64,000 nucleotides of DNA, taken from positions 310,001-374,000 of the forward strand of contig OZ287088.1 of NCBI GenBank assembly GCA_965645245.1. Reading direction: 5' to 3'. Source of the DNA: Massalongia carnosa. Lineage: Eukaryota. A program made the translations under genes and the position numbers. Below are positions 45,191 to 57,170 of the stretch, one piece after another; positions within the stretch are counted from its first letter, which is position 1, and the number at the start of each line of letters is the position of its first letter. The notes under the pieces were generated by a model, which was given only the letters and a program-made list of their open reading frames with translations, was not told the origin of the DNA and did not search any database.

Positions 45191-47862
45191 ATGATAAAGA
45201 ATAAGAAAAGTGCACTTGAAAAAAATTACGAAAAAGCCCGGAACGCGGCTCTAAAATGGCATTTTGGCGTGATTACAGATCCCCCATTAGATGAGACGGG
45301 GATGATTTATCTCACCCAAGTTCTTCCTAAGTTATACAAGCTGGTAGATGGGCAATTGGTATATGATTCCAAGATGGTTGAATTCTCATGTTGAATGACG
45401 TGTAGGTTATCAAGAAGACTGGGAAACCGCCAGAAGCGAAAGAATTAGCTACAGATATGAAAAAGGCCAAAAAGTCCTTTTACAGTACGCGTGGAGTATA
45501 CGAGAAAAGCTCCTTACCGACCCCGGTCCAGAATGAAGTGATCGAGAAGGCTAGCTGCGTTTCCTCAATTAACCTACCTAAGCAAGCTATGACAGAGCAG
45601 CCGCTCATAGACACTGAAGAATATGATGTACCCGTTGTGATCCCGAAAGCGCCACTGAATTTTAATGAACCAGAATTCGAGCATACGAAATCAGAAAAAT
45701 CTGAAACCCCTAAAAATAATGGAGGGCCATCCTTTTCGAGAAGGTTATCAACCCTCTTGGATGACCGAAATACCGTGCAATCCAAGGCTGACGAGCCCGA
45801 CTTTTCTCAAATTACCGGAGAGTCATCCTTCAGTGAGGAGTTATCAGCTCTACTGGACGATCAATGTACTGCGCAAACCAAGACAGAGGAACCAGACTCC
45901 TTTTTAACTACAGGAGAGTCGTCCTTCAGCCGGAAGTTAGCATCGGCCATGAATGACCCACTAGTTGCCCTAGCAAAGCCAACTGAACAAAAACTCTTTC
46001 AAAGCATTGCAGGGTCATCCATTGACGACAAGTTATCAGCCTCCTTGAATAACTCTAACACTGCCCACAAAAAACCAGCTAACCCAAAATCCTGTCAAAG
46101 CATCCAAGAGTCATCCGTTGACGACGACTTATCGGCCCTTGAATATCAATTAGCATTCTTATCAGGCTCTGGGGGGAAGTCCGGTGATGGCCGCTCGGAG
46201 TTCACTATATACCAAGAGGAGCTGAGAACAGTGCCGCTGTTCTCAGGAGCTGTCCTGGATAGTTCGAAATCATGTACGATCCAACAGTATGGATTACTTG
46301 CGCAACACGTGATGAGTGCTGCGCGCAGCGATCCTTCAAGCCAAGCTGAGAGACGGTTTTCAATACCAAAAGGTGATTCTCGAATTTTTCTTAATGTAAA
46401 CACACCTTGGTCTACATTTATCTGTGGCTCCCAGGGATCCGGTAAGAGTCATACACTGTCATGCATTCTTGAGAACTGCTTGATTCCATCGAAGCTCGGT
46501 CAGCTTCCGAGTCCACTTACTGCTCTAGTATTTCATTATGACGCTTTCACCTCGTATGGAGGTAATCAACCATGCGAGGCAGCCTATCTCTGTTCCTCTG
46601 GAGTGCCTGTAAACGTATTGGTATCTCCAACAAACTATTGGAGAATGAAGCAAGTATATGAAAATCTTCCACATTTGCATTCAAACAGCCGAAAGCCTAA
46701 GGTTATTGCCATGAGGTTTAAGGACAAACAGCTCGATGCTCCCAAGATGATGAGCATGATGGCTGTTAATGATAAAGAAGGACCCGTGCCATTATACATG
46801 GAAGTATACCGCTCGTTAACTCAGCTTTCTTGTGTTGATTCTTACCATTGCAGGTGATTCTTCGTATTCTTCGTGAAATGGCTGTCGAAAGCCGTGGCGC
46901 TCCTGGTCTTGATTACGACTTTTTTCGAAAGAAGGTTGATGCCGAAGCATTCACCGGTCAACAGAATGCTCCCCTTAAGCTCCGCCTCGAGCTATTGGAA
47001 AGCTTCATGGACCGATCACACAAAGCTCGGCAAATTGAGAAACCGCCCGAGTTTACACAGACGAAGGCTGGAAAGCGTGCCCAGAAGTTGTGGCTTGAGC
47101 GATCAGCTCGGGAGAAAGCGGAAGTAGAGAGCCTAGCCAGCGCTTGGGATTTTGAGCCCGGCGCACTTACGATAGTCGATTTGAGTTGTCCCTTTGTTGG
47201 CGACAGCGCTGCATGTTCCCTTTTTTCTATATGCCTAGAGTTGTTTTTGGAAAGCAGGGGCAGTGTTAGTCGAATTGTGGCATTGGATGAAGCACACAAA
47301 GTAGCCTCCTACCCGTCCTTGTTCTCACGCCGGGGCGTTTGCTAACGGCGGATTCGCATATTAGTTTATGACATCCAGTGCGTCTGCGGCGATATTCACG
47401 GAAAAATTACTGCAAGTAATCCGTCAACAGAGGCATTTAGCCACCCGCGTCGTTATCGCGACGCAAGAACCCACCATCTCTCCGAAACTTCTTGACCTCT
47501 CGACCATGACCATTGTGCACCGCTTCACCTCTCCCGAATGGTTTCGGACGCTTCGCGATCATCTTGCCGGCGTGAACACGCTGGCGGAGACCGACTCCGC
47601 CCAGCCAAACGCCAAACGCGATGTGGCGAGAATATTCGCCGAGATCGTGAAGCTCGAAACGGGCGAGGCGTTGCTGTTCAGTCCGGCCGCGATGCTGAAT
47701 ATAAAATCAACGGCCACGAGTGGGGGAGCGAACGAGTGGGATGCGGAGGCAACGCCGAGAACGGAAATCCTGCCGGAGAAATTGGGCGTGGGCTGGGTGA
47801 AAATTCGGGTAAGGAAAAGGTTGACGGAAGATGGAGGGAGAAGTATTTTGGCGGTGCGATGA
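45191..47862 (+). CDS. Fungal HerA/FtsK-like P-loop NTPase, 4 exons (45191-45358, 45406-46803, 46854-47300, 47365-47862)
   Basis: Walker A GSQGSGKS, Walker B IVALDEAH, QQRH..VVIATQEP. Three GT..AG introns join the ORFs in frame. The true 5' end is uncertain. Confidence 0.85.
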
Positions 47863-48049
47863 AGGGCGGGTTTTGCACGAGTCAAGTCTATCGTGACATG
47901 CAAATGGGATATAATAATGAAAATTTCCTCGTTTCTGATTAGATGGTTTACTTAGCGACGCTACATCCTTCGTAGTATGAACCATCACATCTCCTGCCAA
48001 TTGTAAACCTTTTTAAGACCATCCAACCTCATTCATCAGACAACTTCTC

Positions 48050-49900
48050 GGCTCACCTCGTACCCAACTGGGTCATTATCCTGTCGTCCTGGGAGTCAAG
48101 TGGCTTCAAATTCATGACCCCTCCGTCAGCTGGACTGAAAATACCCTGACCTTCTGGTCCACGTACTGTTTCCAGGAGTGTTTAGAGAATAAACACGTCC
48201 CTCTTGTCATTTCTGGCCTTCCTGATCCATCTGAAGGGACTCCTGAGTCCGCTTCGTCCCTGTCCTTGAAAACCGTCGAATCACGCAAGAACGAGGTCTC
48301 TTGTATGAAAACTCCTGAAACCCTGAAAGTCAGTGAGAACAAGGTCTCTCGCTCGACTCCTAGAACTCTCGAAGTCAGTGTATTAAACGCTCCTTCAAGT
48401 CCTGAATCCCGAACACTTCTTGAACCACCGATCTCGAACGCACGACTAATGACGGTCTGCACGGAATCTCCCGATCCCTCACCTATGAGCATTTACATGG
48501 TTGGAGCCGCTCCATTCTCGACCCTGATGAAGGACCGGAAGAACGAAATCTTCGTCGCTTCCATGAATGAAATTGACAAAGCCCTTGAACAACTCAGAAA
48601 TCCGAGAGAGAAATTCAATCTCTCCGCCTCGTCCCTCGAAGATATCGCCAAGTCCTTGAAGCCCAAGAAAATCATCGATCCCGCCAGTATAGTGCCCGTA
48701 GAATTTCACGATCTTCTAGACGTCTTCTCCAAGCAAGAAGCCGATAAACTACCCCCACACCGCTCCTACGATCATAAAATCGTTCTCAAGGAAGGAGCCA
48801 TACCCTCGTCAGGCCCGCTGTACAAGCTGTCAGCTCCTGAACTACTAGTCTTGCAGAAATACTTGAAAGAAAACCTAGCCAAAGGATTTATTCGTGCCAG
48901 CTCCTCGCCCTGCTCCTCGCCCGTGTTATTCGCCCGAAAACCGTCGGGAGGACTGCGTTTCTGTGTAGACTATCGAGCTCTGAACGCGATCACGATCAAG
49001 AATCGCTATCCAATACCACTGATTCAAGAAACACTAGATCGTCTTGCCAAGGGCATGATTTTCTCTAAGTTTGACATCATCGCGGCTTCCAACAAGCTAC
49101 GAATGCAGAGCGGGCAAGAATGGATGACCGCTTTCAAGACCAGGTACGGTCTCTTCGAATATGAAGTATTGCCTTTCGGACTTTCAGGGGGGCCCGGCTC
49201 CTTTCAGCACTATATCAACGACGTTCTTCGAGAATATTTAGATGCCTTTTGCACCGCCTACATCGACGACATTCTTGTATACAGTAAATCAAAGAAGGAA
49301 CACAAGATTCATGTAAGAAAAGTTCTTGAAGCTCTGAGGTCCGCAGGTCTGCAACTGGACATAGAAAAGTGTGAATTCTTCGTCACGGAAACCACTTACC
49401 TGGGACTTATCATTTCGGACAAAGGAATCAAGATGGACCCACAAAAAGTTCAGACGATCAAGGACTGGATAACACCCAAGAACATTAAGGATATTCAAGC
49501 TTTCGTGGGCTTCGCAAACTTCTATAGACGCTTCGTCAAGGGTTTCTCAGCCATTGCCTTGCCCCTAATCAAACCGATGAAAAAGGGGACCGTGTTCTCT
49601 TGGAACTCCGAGTGTGAGGCCGCGTTTCAAAGGCTAAAAAACGCTTTTGTTAGCGCTCTCATTCTGATGCATTTCGATCCTGAAAAGAAAATCGTGGTAG
49701 AAGTTGACGCTTCCGACTGGGTAGTGGGGGGTGTACTCTCACAGTACGATGACGAGGGAGTTCTACGCCCTGTAGCCTTCTTCTCGAAAAAACACGCCCC
49801 CGCGGAAATCAATTACGAGATCTATGACAAGGAACTCATGGCCATCATTCGAGCTTTCGAGGAATGGAGATCCGAGCTCGAAGGAGCCGCCTTTCTCATT
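48050..49900 (+). pseudogene. Truncated gypsy pol (protease end, RT, partial RNase H)
   Basis: QLGHYPVVLG..WL, LRFCVDYR, YIDD, EVDASD, NYEIYDKEL; runs directly into the LTR at 49905. Confidence 0.9.
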
Positions 49901-49904
49901 TCTG

Positions 49905-50153
49905 ATGGTGTGAGCGCGAGATGCTCTGCTAAGCGATACCTCCCGACACGCTAAATGTTTTAGGTATCGCGTTAGCCTTAGTGGGGAGCTAACCGCATTC
50001 AGGTAAGGAAATGGGTTCCGGGAGTTGTATGGAAAATCTCTGCAGCAATTGATGCTTTCTTCCTTGTGTTCGTCTTGTCTATCTAGTATAGTCAGCTAGC
50101 AATGCCACCACCTTCACCACCTGAATAGGCCCCCCCGTTGCCGCCTCGTCACA
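49905..50153 (+). repeat. LTR, right boundary, first 4 nt missing
   Basis: Matches 34115-34365; followed by ttggt (50154-50158). Confidence 0.9.
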
Positions 50154-50932
50154 TTGGTCATCAGTGGCTGAAGCAATTTCTTGATCGAAATCCCGAGTTT
50201 CATGTACGAAAACAGTAGCCTCTCGCGGTCGATCGAGAAAATAGTCACGACGTTAACGATATGGTTGAATATTTCAGCAAATTAGAAAGGGTGATAAGGG
50301 AAAAGGGAATAACGGAGCTGGATGTATGGAATATGGACGAAACAGGCTTTCGAATTGGATACGGACGAGCTCAAATAGTAATTACCTTGGACCCACGAAA
50401 GCCTCTTCGTATGACTGCTCCGGATAATCGTGACTACATTACTTCTGTAGAGTGTATCAGCTCGGCCGGTGACGTTATTCTACCATTACTTATTCTTTCG
50501 GGTATTCATATTCTTTATAAATGGTGCCAACACAACGATCTCGACGGAGAGACGATGATTGGGACCAGCGAGACCGGCTATTCAAATGACGATTTAGCAA
50601 TGGATTGGCTTCGTCATTTCCTCGAGCATACACGGACTAAAAGACATGGAGCTTGGCTACTTAGTCATCGACGGGTTTGGGTCTTATTCAACCATTCCGT
50701 TTTTGAAGCTGGCCACTGAAAATCAGATCGTTCCATTTCGTCTTCCATCACATTCTACTCATTTGACTCAGCCATTAGATGTAGGTGTTTTTCAGCCGTA
50801 CAAACACTATCATGTTGAGGCCATTGATCATGCGATACGAATGGGAGACACGGAATTTGGAAAATTGGAATTTTTAGCCGCATTCCAGGAATTTCGGAAC
50901 AAGACATTCAAATCATCTACTATTCGTCATGC

Positions 50933-51255
50933 TGAAGAGGGGTAGTCGTGGGTGGTGCATACGTGATGACCTCAAGGAGAGAAGACCGGCAGAAAGCAAA
51001 CAAGGAACACACGTGAAAACAACAAACAGAACGTTGGCGGTGACGACTCGGCCACTCTGACACTGTCACTCGGACACGAATACTGACTCTGAAGGAAAGA
51101 AAAATGTTGCTTGCCTGTCTGTCTAGAGGGTGAAACTTCCCCTATCTATAGAAAAATGGGCGCCTCAGCCCCGGAAAAACCTCCCCTCCGCTCCGTCCAC
51201 ACCAATCCCCCCCCTCCCCTCAGCACCTGCCCTTGTCCCTATTCACCCTATCACA
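50933..51255 (-). mobile_element. Solo LTR of the 15229-23655 gypsy family
   Basis: Reverse complement of that LTR; 4-bp TSD atgc. Removing it restores IRHAFRTTG in the pogo transposase. Confidence 0.92.
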
Positions 51256-52211
51256 ATGCATTCAGGACCACCGGCATCGTCTTATTCAATCCGAACATGG
51301 TACTCGACGTTATTCGTTAGAAGCAAGCTGCAGCCTTGGAACTTATGAATGAACCCCGCACCACGAGCCCCCCACCTCTTCAATTTCATGAGCGCACCCC
51401 TCGAGGCCCCGAATCAATCAGAAAATTCGGTCACGGATTGCAAAGGGCATTGACCGCGGCCGGGCCGATCGGTGGATGGATGAATAAAAAAACAGTGGAC
51501 GGTTTTCAGAAATTTATTAGGGCCTCCATCACCTCCGCCAACACCCTAGATTTGACTACGCGGGACCTTCAGCAAGTGCAAAAAGCCACCACATCGCGTA
51601 AAAGTCGGGCCGCTCTCGGGGGTCAGGTAGCTGCAAAGGGTGGAGTCATAAAAGTCAGTCAATGTAGAGAATTATATTCAATTCGTCAAAAAAAAAGAAA
51701 AGGCTAGACGAAAGGATCAAAGGGAGGCTAATAAGGGGAAAAAGGCCTCATCAACGTAGTTAGACAACGTCCGATTTTTACTAGGGCAAGGCCCGTTAGT
51801 AGAACAGACTGAGCCGTAGATTTCGAACCCGAAATGAAGCTATTTGGACGTCTTTTCATAAAGATCTGATTAATTTAATGTTGAGGTGTTGAAAAATACG
51901 TCTTTGAGCCGGTAGCGTCGTAAGCACTGAGGGCTCTCTGCGTTCCGGAAGTGGTCTAGCACGATTAGTACTTCCAACAAGTGGTCTGCGCACCAGTCAG
52001 GCGCCCAAATCTCAATCGCGCCCAAATCTCAATCGCGCGCTAAACCTCTTCCGAGCTAGCCAAGCCACCACTGGACCCCTTCTTTCGCGTCTTCTGCTTC
52101 TTCAGCCTCGAACACGAAGATGAGAACGGAACCGACCGCGATCCTTCCACCCCCCGATTCCATCGTGCGTGCTGCAATGTTGTGCATTTCCCTTCCGAAT
52201 CCAGAACAAAT

Positions 52212-52728
52212 CGTAAGGCGAGCTGGCTAGGATGCAAGAGATGTTTTGTGTCTTGCATGTCGGCTCCAGTACCTGTCTCATGCAGGCCGGCTTGGCTCCT
52301 TCGGAAAAAACTTATTCCCCCCTTTACAACAATGTTGATAGGTGAACCCTTTACAACGATGTTGATATGGAATAAGTTCGTAAGGCGAGCTAGCTAGGAC
52401 GCAAGAGCATGTGTTTTGCGGCTTACCTGTCTCATGCAGGCCGGCTTGGCTCCTTCGGAAAAAACTTATTCCCCCTTTACAACGATGTTGATAGGGAATA
52501 AGTTCGTAAGGCGAGCTAGCTAGGACGCAAGAGCATGTGTTTTGTGGCTTGCATGTCGGCTCCAGTACCTGTCTCATGCAGGCCGGCTTGGCTCCTTCGG
52601 AAAAAACTTATTCCCCCCTTTACAACAACGTTGATAGGTGGACCCTTTACAACGATGTTGATAGGGAATAAGTTCGTAAGGCGAGCTAGCTAGGACGCAA
52701 GAGATGTTTTGTGGCTTACATGTCGGCC
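52212..52728. repeat. Complex tandem repeat, about 3.3 units of 125-170 bp
   Basis: cgtaaggcgagct(a/g)gctagga.. recurs at ~52212, 52379, 52505 and 52675. Each full unit has an aacttattcc...ggaataagtt inverted pair. Confidence 0.88.
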
Positions 52729-54936
52729 ATGCAGATATAACGCGAATAGTCATGTTCCAAAGCCAAACTGCATGACTGATGCATGAGACAGGTACTATGG
52801 TATCCATGGATTATACCCACTTCACCGGTACACTATGGTATCCTTAGTGACTTCATCCAATCATAAGAGCTATATTAAGTCTCTAAGCCGCATCCGATAT
52901 AGTATGTGCAGATCTTTCATGCACTGTACTACATAATAACTGAATCGCCACGCCTTGTCGCCGGACAAGATCAAGCGGCGCAGTAGGATAGGTTGTGCAT
53001 TTACAAACAATTTGCGTGCCATTTGCCTGTTTCTTCTTCTTCCCCTAACGTTCCCCATTATCTCCCATGGAACTGAAAAGCATATAAGCCTGGATGAATT
53101 TCCGCTGTGATGCTCGAACAGGTTTGTTCACGACTTCTCCGTTAGACGTCCAAAGGTATATTTGTTTCCCCCAATTTGCTCCCTTTTCTCTAGTCTTGGC
53201 CTCCGTCACTTAGTCTTCGACTCATCCATCGTGTTAACGTCGCAAAGGCCTAATGGCTTACCAAGAACAAGAAGCTCAAAACTCTCAAGGGTAGGGCCAC
53301 CTTGAAACCCCTTATTTTTTGAATTGGTCCCTCAAACTCGGCCTCCTTTGCTGACGTCTTCTTCTTGTAGCCGTGAGGACGCCCACATTGTCCAAGACGG
53401 GCAAGCACTCCGTGAGATGGCTCGCACTTCTGGTATAGGTGCCTCTGCATCTACAGAGTCAACCAACGAAGCCATTTCTCAGCAAGCTCGTCGAGAACAC
53501 AATCTCGAACCGGGACAAATAATCCTGCTGTCGGCTTCGAGTAATATCTCTATTCAAGCCCAGCCTCCCTCCTGCCCGTTCCATGGCCCAATTCTTGCAA
53601 TGGCTCATATCCATGGCTGTCAAGGAGAAGGATTAGGTCCCATGGAGCGATATCTTGCCGAAGGCCCATCCCAGCAACATGCAGTCTTCATTCGAGCAGA
53701 TACTGGAAGATTTTCGACATCACGTGGATGCACCTGTCGTTTCGTGTTGGAAGCCGACTTGGATCATCATGCCCAAGAAGAACGAAGACATGGCACAGGG
53801 CCGAGGAACATATGACGCTGAGTAGCAGCTATCATTTGAGACAAAATTTTCTTCTTTTGGCCTTAGAAAATCTCTTCTCCTCCTACCCAGCTTGGCCAAG
53901 CTGTTTGGCTAGACGCCGTTGTTCCAATTCCTTTAACGAGTATCGATTGCGTTATTGGTTTGGTCGTTCATTATGTGCCACCTGGCTGGCTACTTTCATA
54001 ATCTTGCCTCCTGTCATTACCTTAGGATATGAAAAGAGATACTTTGAAACAAATACTAAAAGCAATAACAAAGTACAGAGGAAAGGCCGAGTCGTAAATA
54101 CTCATGACTTGATGGAAACCTAGCAACACAAAGGCATTGAAAAGCAAACACGTCCATACCCACGACACTACCCGCCCATGTTGTCTTAATATGTCATTTC
54201 ATCACGCTTCGGGCTGTAATGGGTACATACATGCGTTGTCCAATCTTGATCAGACGATGTAGTATGATGCTTTATTCGATTACTTCATATGACTAAGCTA
54301 TTAGGTACGCGGATTCTTTAGTTTGCCTCAGTACCTCAGACGTGCGTGGCTCTATGAGCCGGCTAAGCCCCTCCGGGTTAGCCTATTTTCGCTAAGCCCC
54401 TTCGGGTTAGCGTCGCTAATTCCCTTCGGGTTAGCGGCCCTTTAGCTGACTACGCATGCTACGGGCGGCACGTCTGAGCGCAAAACTCTGTATTTTTGTC
54501 AGATCCGGCTTATTTTGGTGCGCGCTCATACAAATTTTTGGCTTAACCTCAAAAATCATCAAGAATCAAGTTGACGGCGGAATCAACAACGCGCAACGAC
54601 ATTTCATAAATTATGTAATAATAGAAATGATGCTTTGATATACATTCTATCGATTAATCAATATTTTAATTACATATCGATGCAAAATTGAGTCGCAATA
54701 TCGATCTCGCGACGAGGACTCGACTTTGACTCGAAATTTCGACACCACCACAGCAGACTCAACGGGTCACTAGCTCCAGTTTTTCATTGTCGGCGCTTCT
54801 GATCATTAATCTGATCCTCCGAGCGTTGTTTTCGAAAGCCTAAAATCGTTGAATGTGATGAACTTGCTTGATGTGCGTTTTGCGGGCTAAGAATCCAACT
54901 CGCGAATCGTCGAATATCGCTCGCGAACACATCGAA

Positions 54937-57111
54937 ATGGACGATCCTATAGCGTCGATAACTCGCGAGCAGGTGACGACCGTGATTTTAAGTAAATTCG
55001 GCTTTTATCCAAAGAATGAGCAAGTTGACGCTATCATGACTTTAGCACAAGATCAAAAGGATCTGATATTTATCGCCAAGACTGGATTTGGAAAGAGTAT
55101 TATCTTTCAAGCTATGCCATTAATGTTCTCTTGTCTTAAGATCGCTTTAATTATCATGCCTCTCAAGACCTTAGAAGCTCAACAGTGCAAGAAATTGAGC
55201 GTTATCGAGGGATGCAAGCCTTTCGTGTTGGACGGTGATAGTAATAATTCTTCTAATTTAAAGTTAATTCGTGAAAACAATTATACGCATGGTGTGTATT
55301 CAAATTATGATTGAGATAAATATAAAAACTTACTCGTTAATATGAATAGTTTTTACTAGCCCAGAGATAGCGACGTCAAAGCTGTTTAATCAGGAGGTTC
55401 TGAGGCATCCAAGTTTCTTCTTGAATTTATGTCTTTTAGCTCTTGATGAGATGCATCTTGTATCCGAATGGCGAGATTTCCGGCCCGAATACTTCAATCT
55501 CGGTGTGCTTCGTACACGATTACCAGATGGTATTCCTTTTCTGGGTGCGTCTGCAACGCTGGATCCAAGAACCCTAGAGAGCGTTAAAGATCGCTGTGGC
55601 TTTGATAACGAAAGTACTGTTATTCAAACAGCGCTTGATCGTCCAGAGATATACATACAGACAAGCAGTCTACAGCGGCCTATGAACAGCATGATCGATC
55701 TTCAACATCTTTTACCAACACGGGCTGAGAGTCCTTTTGATATTCCGAAAACGATTATCTTCATGGATTCAATTTCATCTATCAAAAAGGCGTGTGCGCT
55801 AATGAAAGTATGGATGAATCAATTGTCCTATCCAATTGAGGCTGCTAGTTGGGTCGCGCCTTTCTTTTCCGACATGGCCACCCAAGACAAAGAAAGGATT
55901 GCGGCTCGCTTCGAAATGCCCTCGAATCAATGTAAATTTCCTCGAATCCTGATCGCAACGGATGCATACGGGCTTGGTATTGATAATCCAGACGTTATGA
56001 GAGTTACGCAATGGCTGCTACCCTCGTCAATGGCGAAGCTATACCAACGTTTAGGTCGTGCTTTGCGTTGCGGTCGAGGACAGGCGCATTTTACTCTTTT
56101 GCATCCTTCTTGGTGTATGGGTCCAAGAAGCGGATCAAAAATGGACGAACAGGACGGATATGACGCGGGAATCGAGATTGAATCCAAGGCCAGTAAACGC
56201 CGCATCAATCAAAAGGATGCTGATCGGCGACGAGATATGCCACCGGGTCTTTGGGAGATAATCAATGTGCCTTCAGATGGTTGCGTTCGAGGTATTGGCT
56301 TGAATTTCTTCAATGATAAAGTGTATCCAACGTCGGCCTATGTTAAGCCGCAACCTTGCTGTTCAATTTGCGATCCAAGTTTTCAGACATCAACAGCCGC
56401 AATGAGATGTTAAATAGAACGGCCGAGCGTGACTCGTCTAGGCGGCCTTGGTTCACCCTTAAACTTCGAGAATGGAGGGAGGCCAAGGCGCAGGAAAAGT
56501 TCCCAAATTCACATATGCGATACTTCCCATCATTGATAATGCCCGATGAGGTACTGAATTCTTTGACCACTTGGGCGGATCAGATTGTGGACGAGCCCAC
56601 CATGCGGCGATGGATTGGTAACACATGGACTGGTATTAGGCCCTACGGCGCCGAGCTTTTAGAAATTTTAAAGCGGGGTCAAGCAATGAGATTAGACGAG
56701 GGAGACATGTTCGAGGAATGGAAACGACACAACGACATAAAGAGAAAACGATTACCCAGCCTAACATGCAACTCCGCCAGTATTGAATTTGAGGAACGGA
56801 GGAAAAACTGGATGATCAAACAAGGATATATGTCGAGAAAGGTTTTTAAAAAGCGAAATGCGGTCAAGAAGAAAGTCTCGAAGGAAAGCGAGAGCACGGA
56901 GCCATCGGGCGAGAATCCTGCGCCTAATCACAATATCTCCGATGCGGCGCTCGTTGTTGACAATGTTGATGCTCTTAAATCATCGATGAAGGCATCAAAG
57001 ACCAAAAAAGCGCCTCGAGATCCTATGGAAGCGTTGTCGCTGAATGTACCCATGGCCCTTCCTCCGACACGATCTAGACAAGAAAGAAAGTGCCCCGTCC
57101 GCTACCTCTGA
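54937..57111 (+). pseudogene. SF2 RecQ-like helicase (intron 55292-55349; one frameshift near 56375)
   Basis: AKTGFGKS, IMPLKTL, VFTSPE, LDEMH..EW..FRPEY, GASAT, DRPEI, IATDAYGLGID, YQRLGRALR, C..CCSIC Zn site, helical C-terminus in the overlapping ORF 56356-57111. Confidence 0.88.
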
Positions 57112-57170
57112 CTCTGTAAAGCCGCGCGGCGCGGATTTACATGACTAGGCTATCTCGTGGTATCGATGAT

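Larger units (their letters stand above)
33676..51968 (+). mobile_element. pogo/Fot1-like DNA transposon expanded to 18.3 kb by nested insertions
   Basis: TIR ctaatcgtgc(t/a)gaccactt...ccctcagtgc..gctaccggctcaaagacg at both ends, TA TSD (33674-5, 51969-70). The transposase reads ...FGNRTFG(34110)|(50159)HQWLKQFLDRNP...WNMDETGF..QPLDVGVFQ. Confidence 0.9.

Noticed and set aside
34111..50153. Ordinary full-length gypsy element
   Set aside because: There is no PBS, gag, integrase or PPT; the sequence after the left LTR is MuDR transposase.
53324..53815. 163-aa ORF
   Set aside because: It has a non-ATG start and no recognisable domain. A shorter gene from ATG ~53600 cannot be excluded but is unsupported.
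54937..57111. Host RecQ/SGS1 gene or Helitron helicase
   Set aside because: It lies within TIRs and a TSD with a transposase, has a second decayed copy at 27505-33060, is SF2 rather than Pif1-like, and has no HUH Rep domain.
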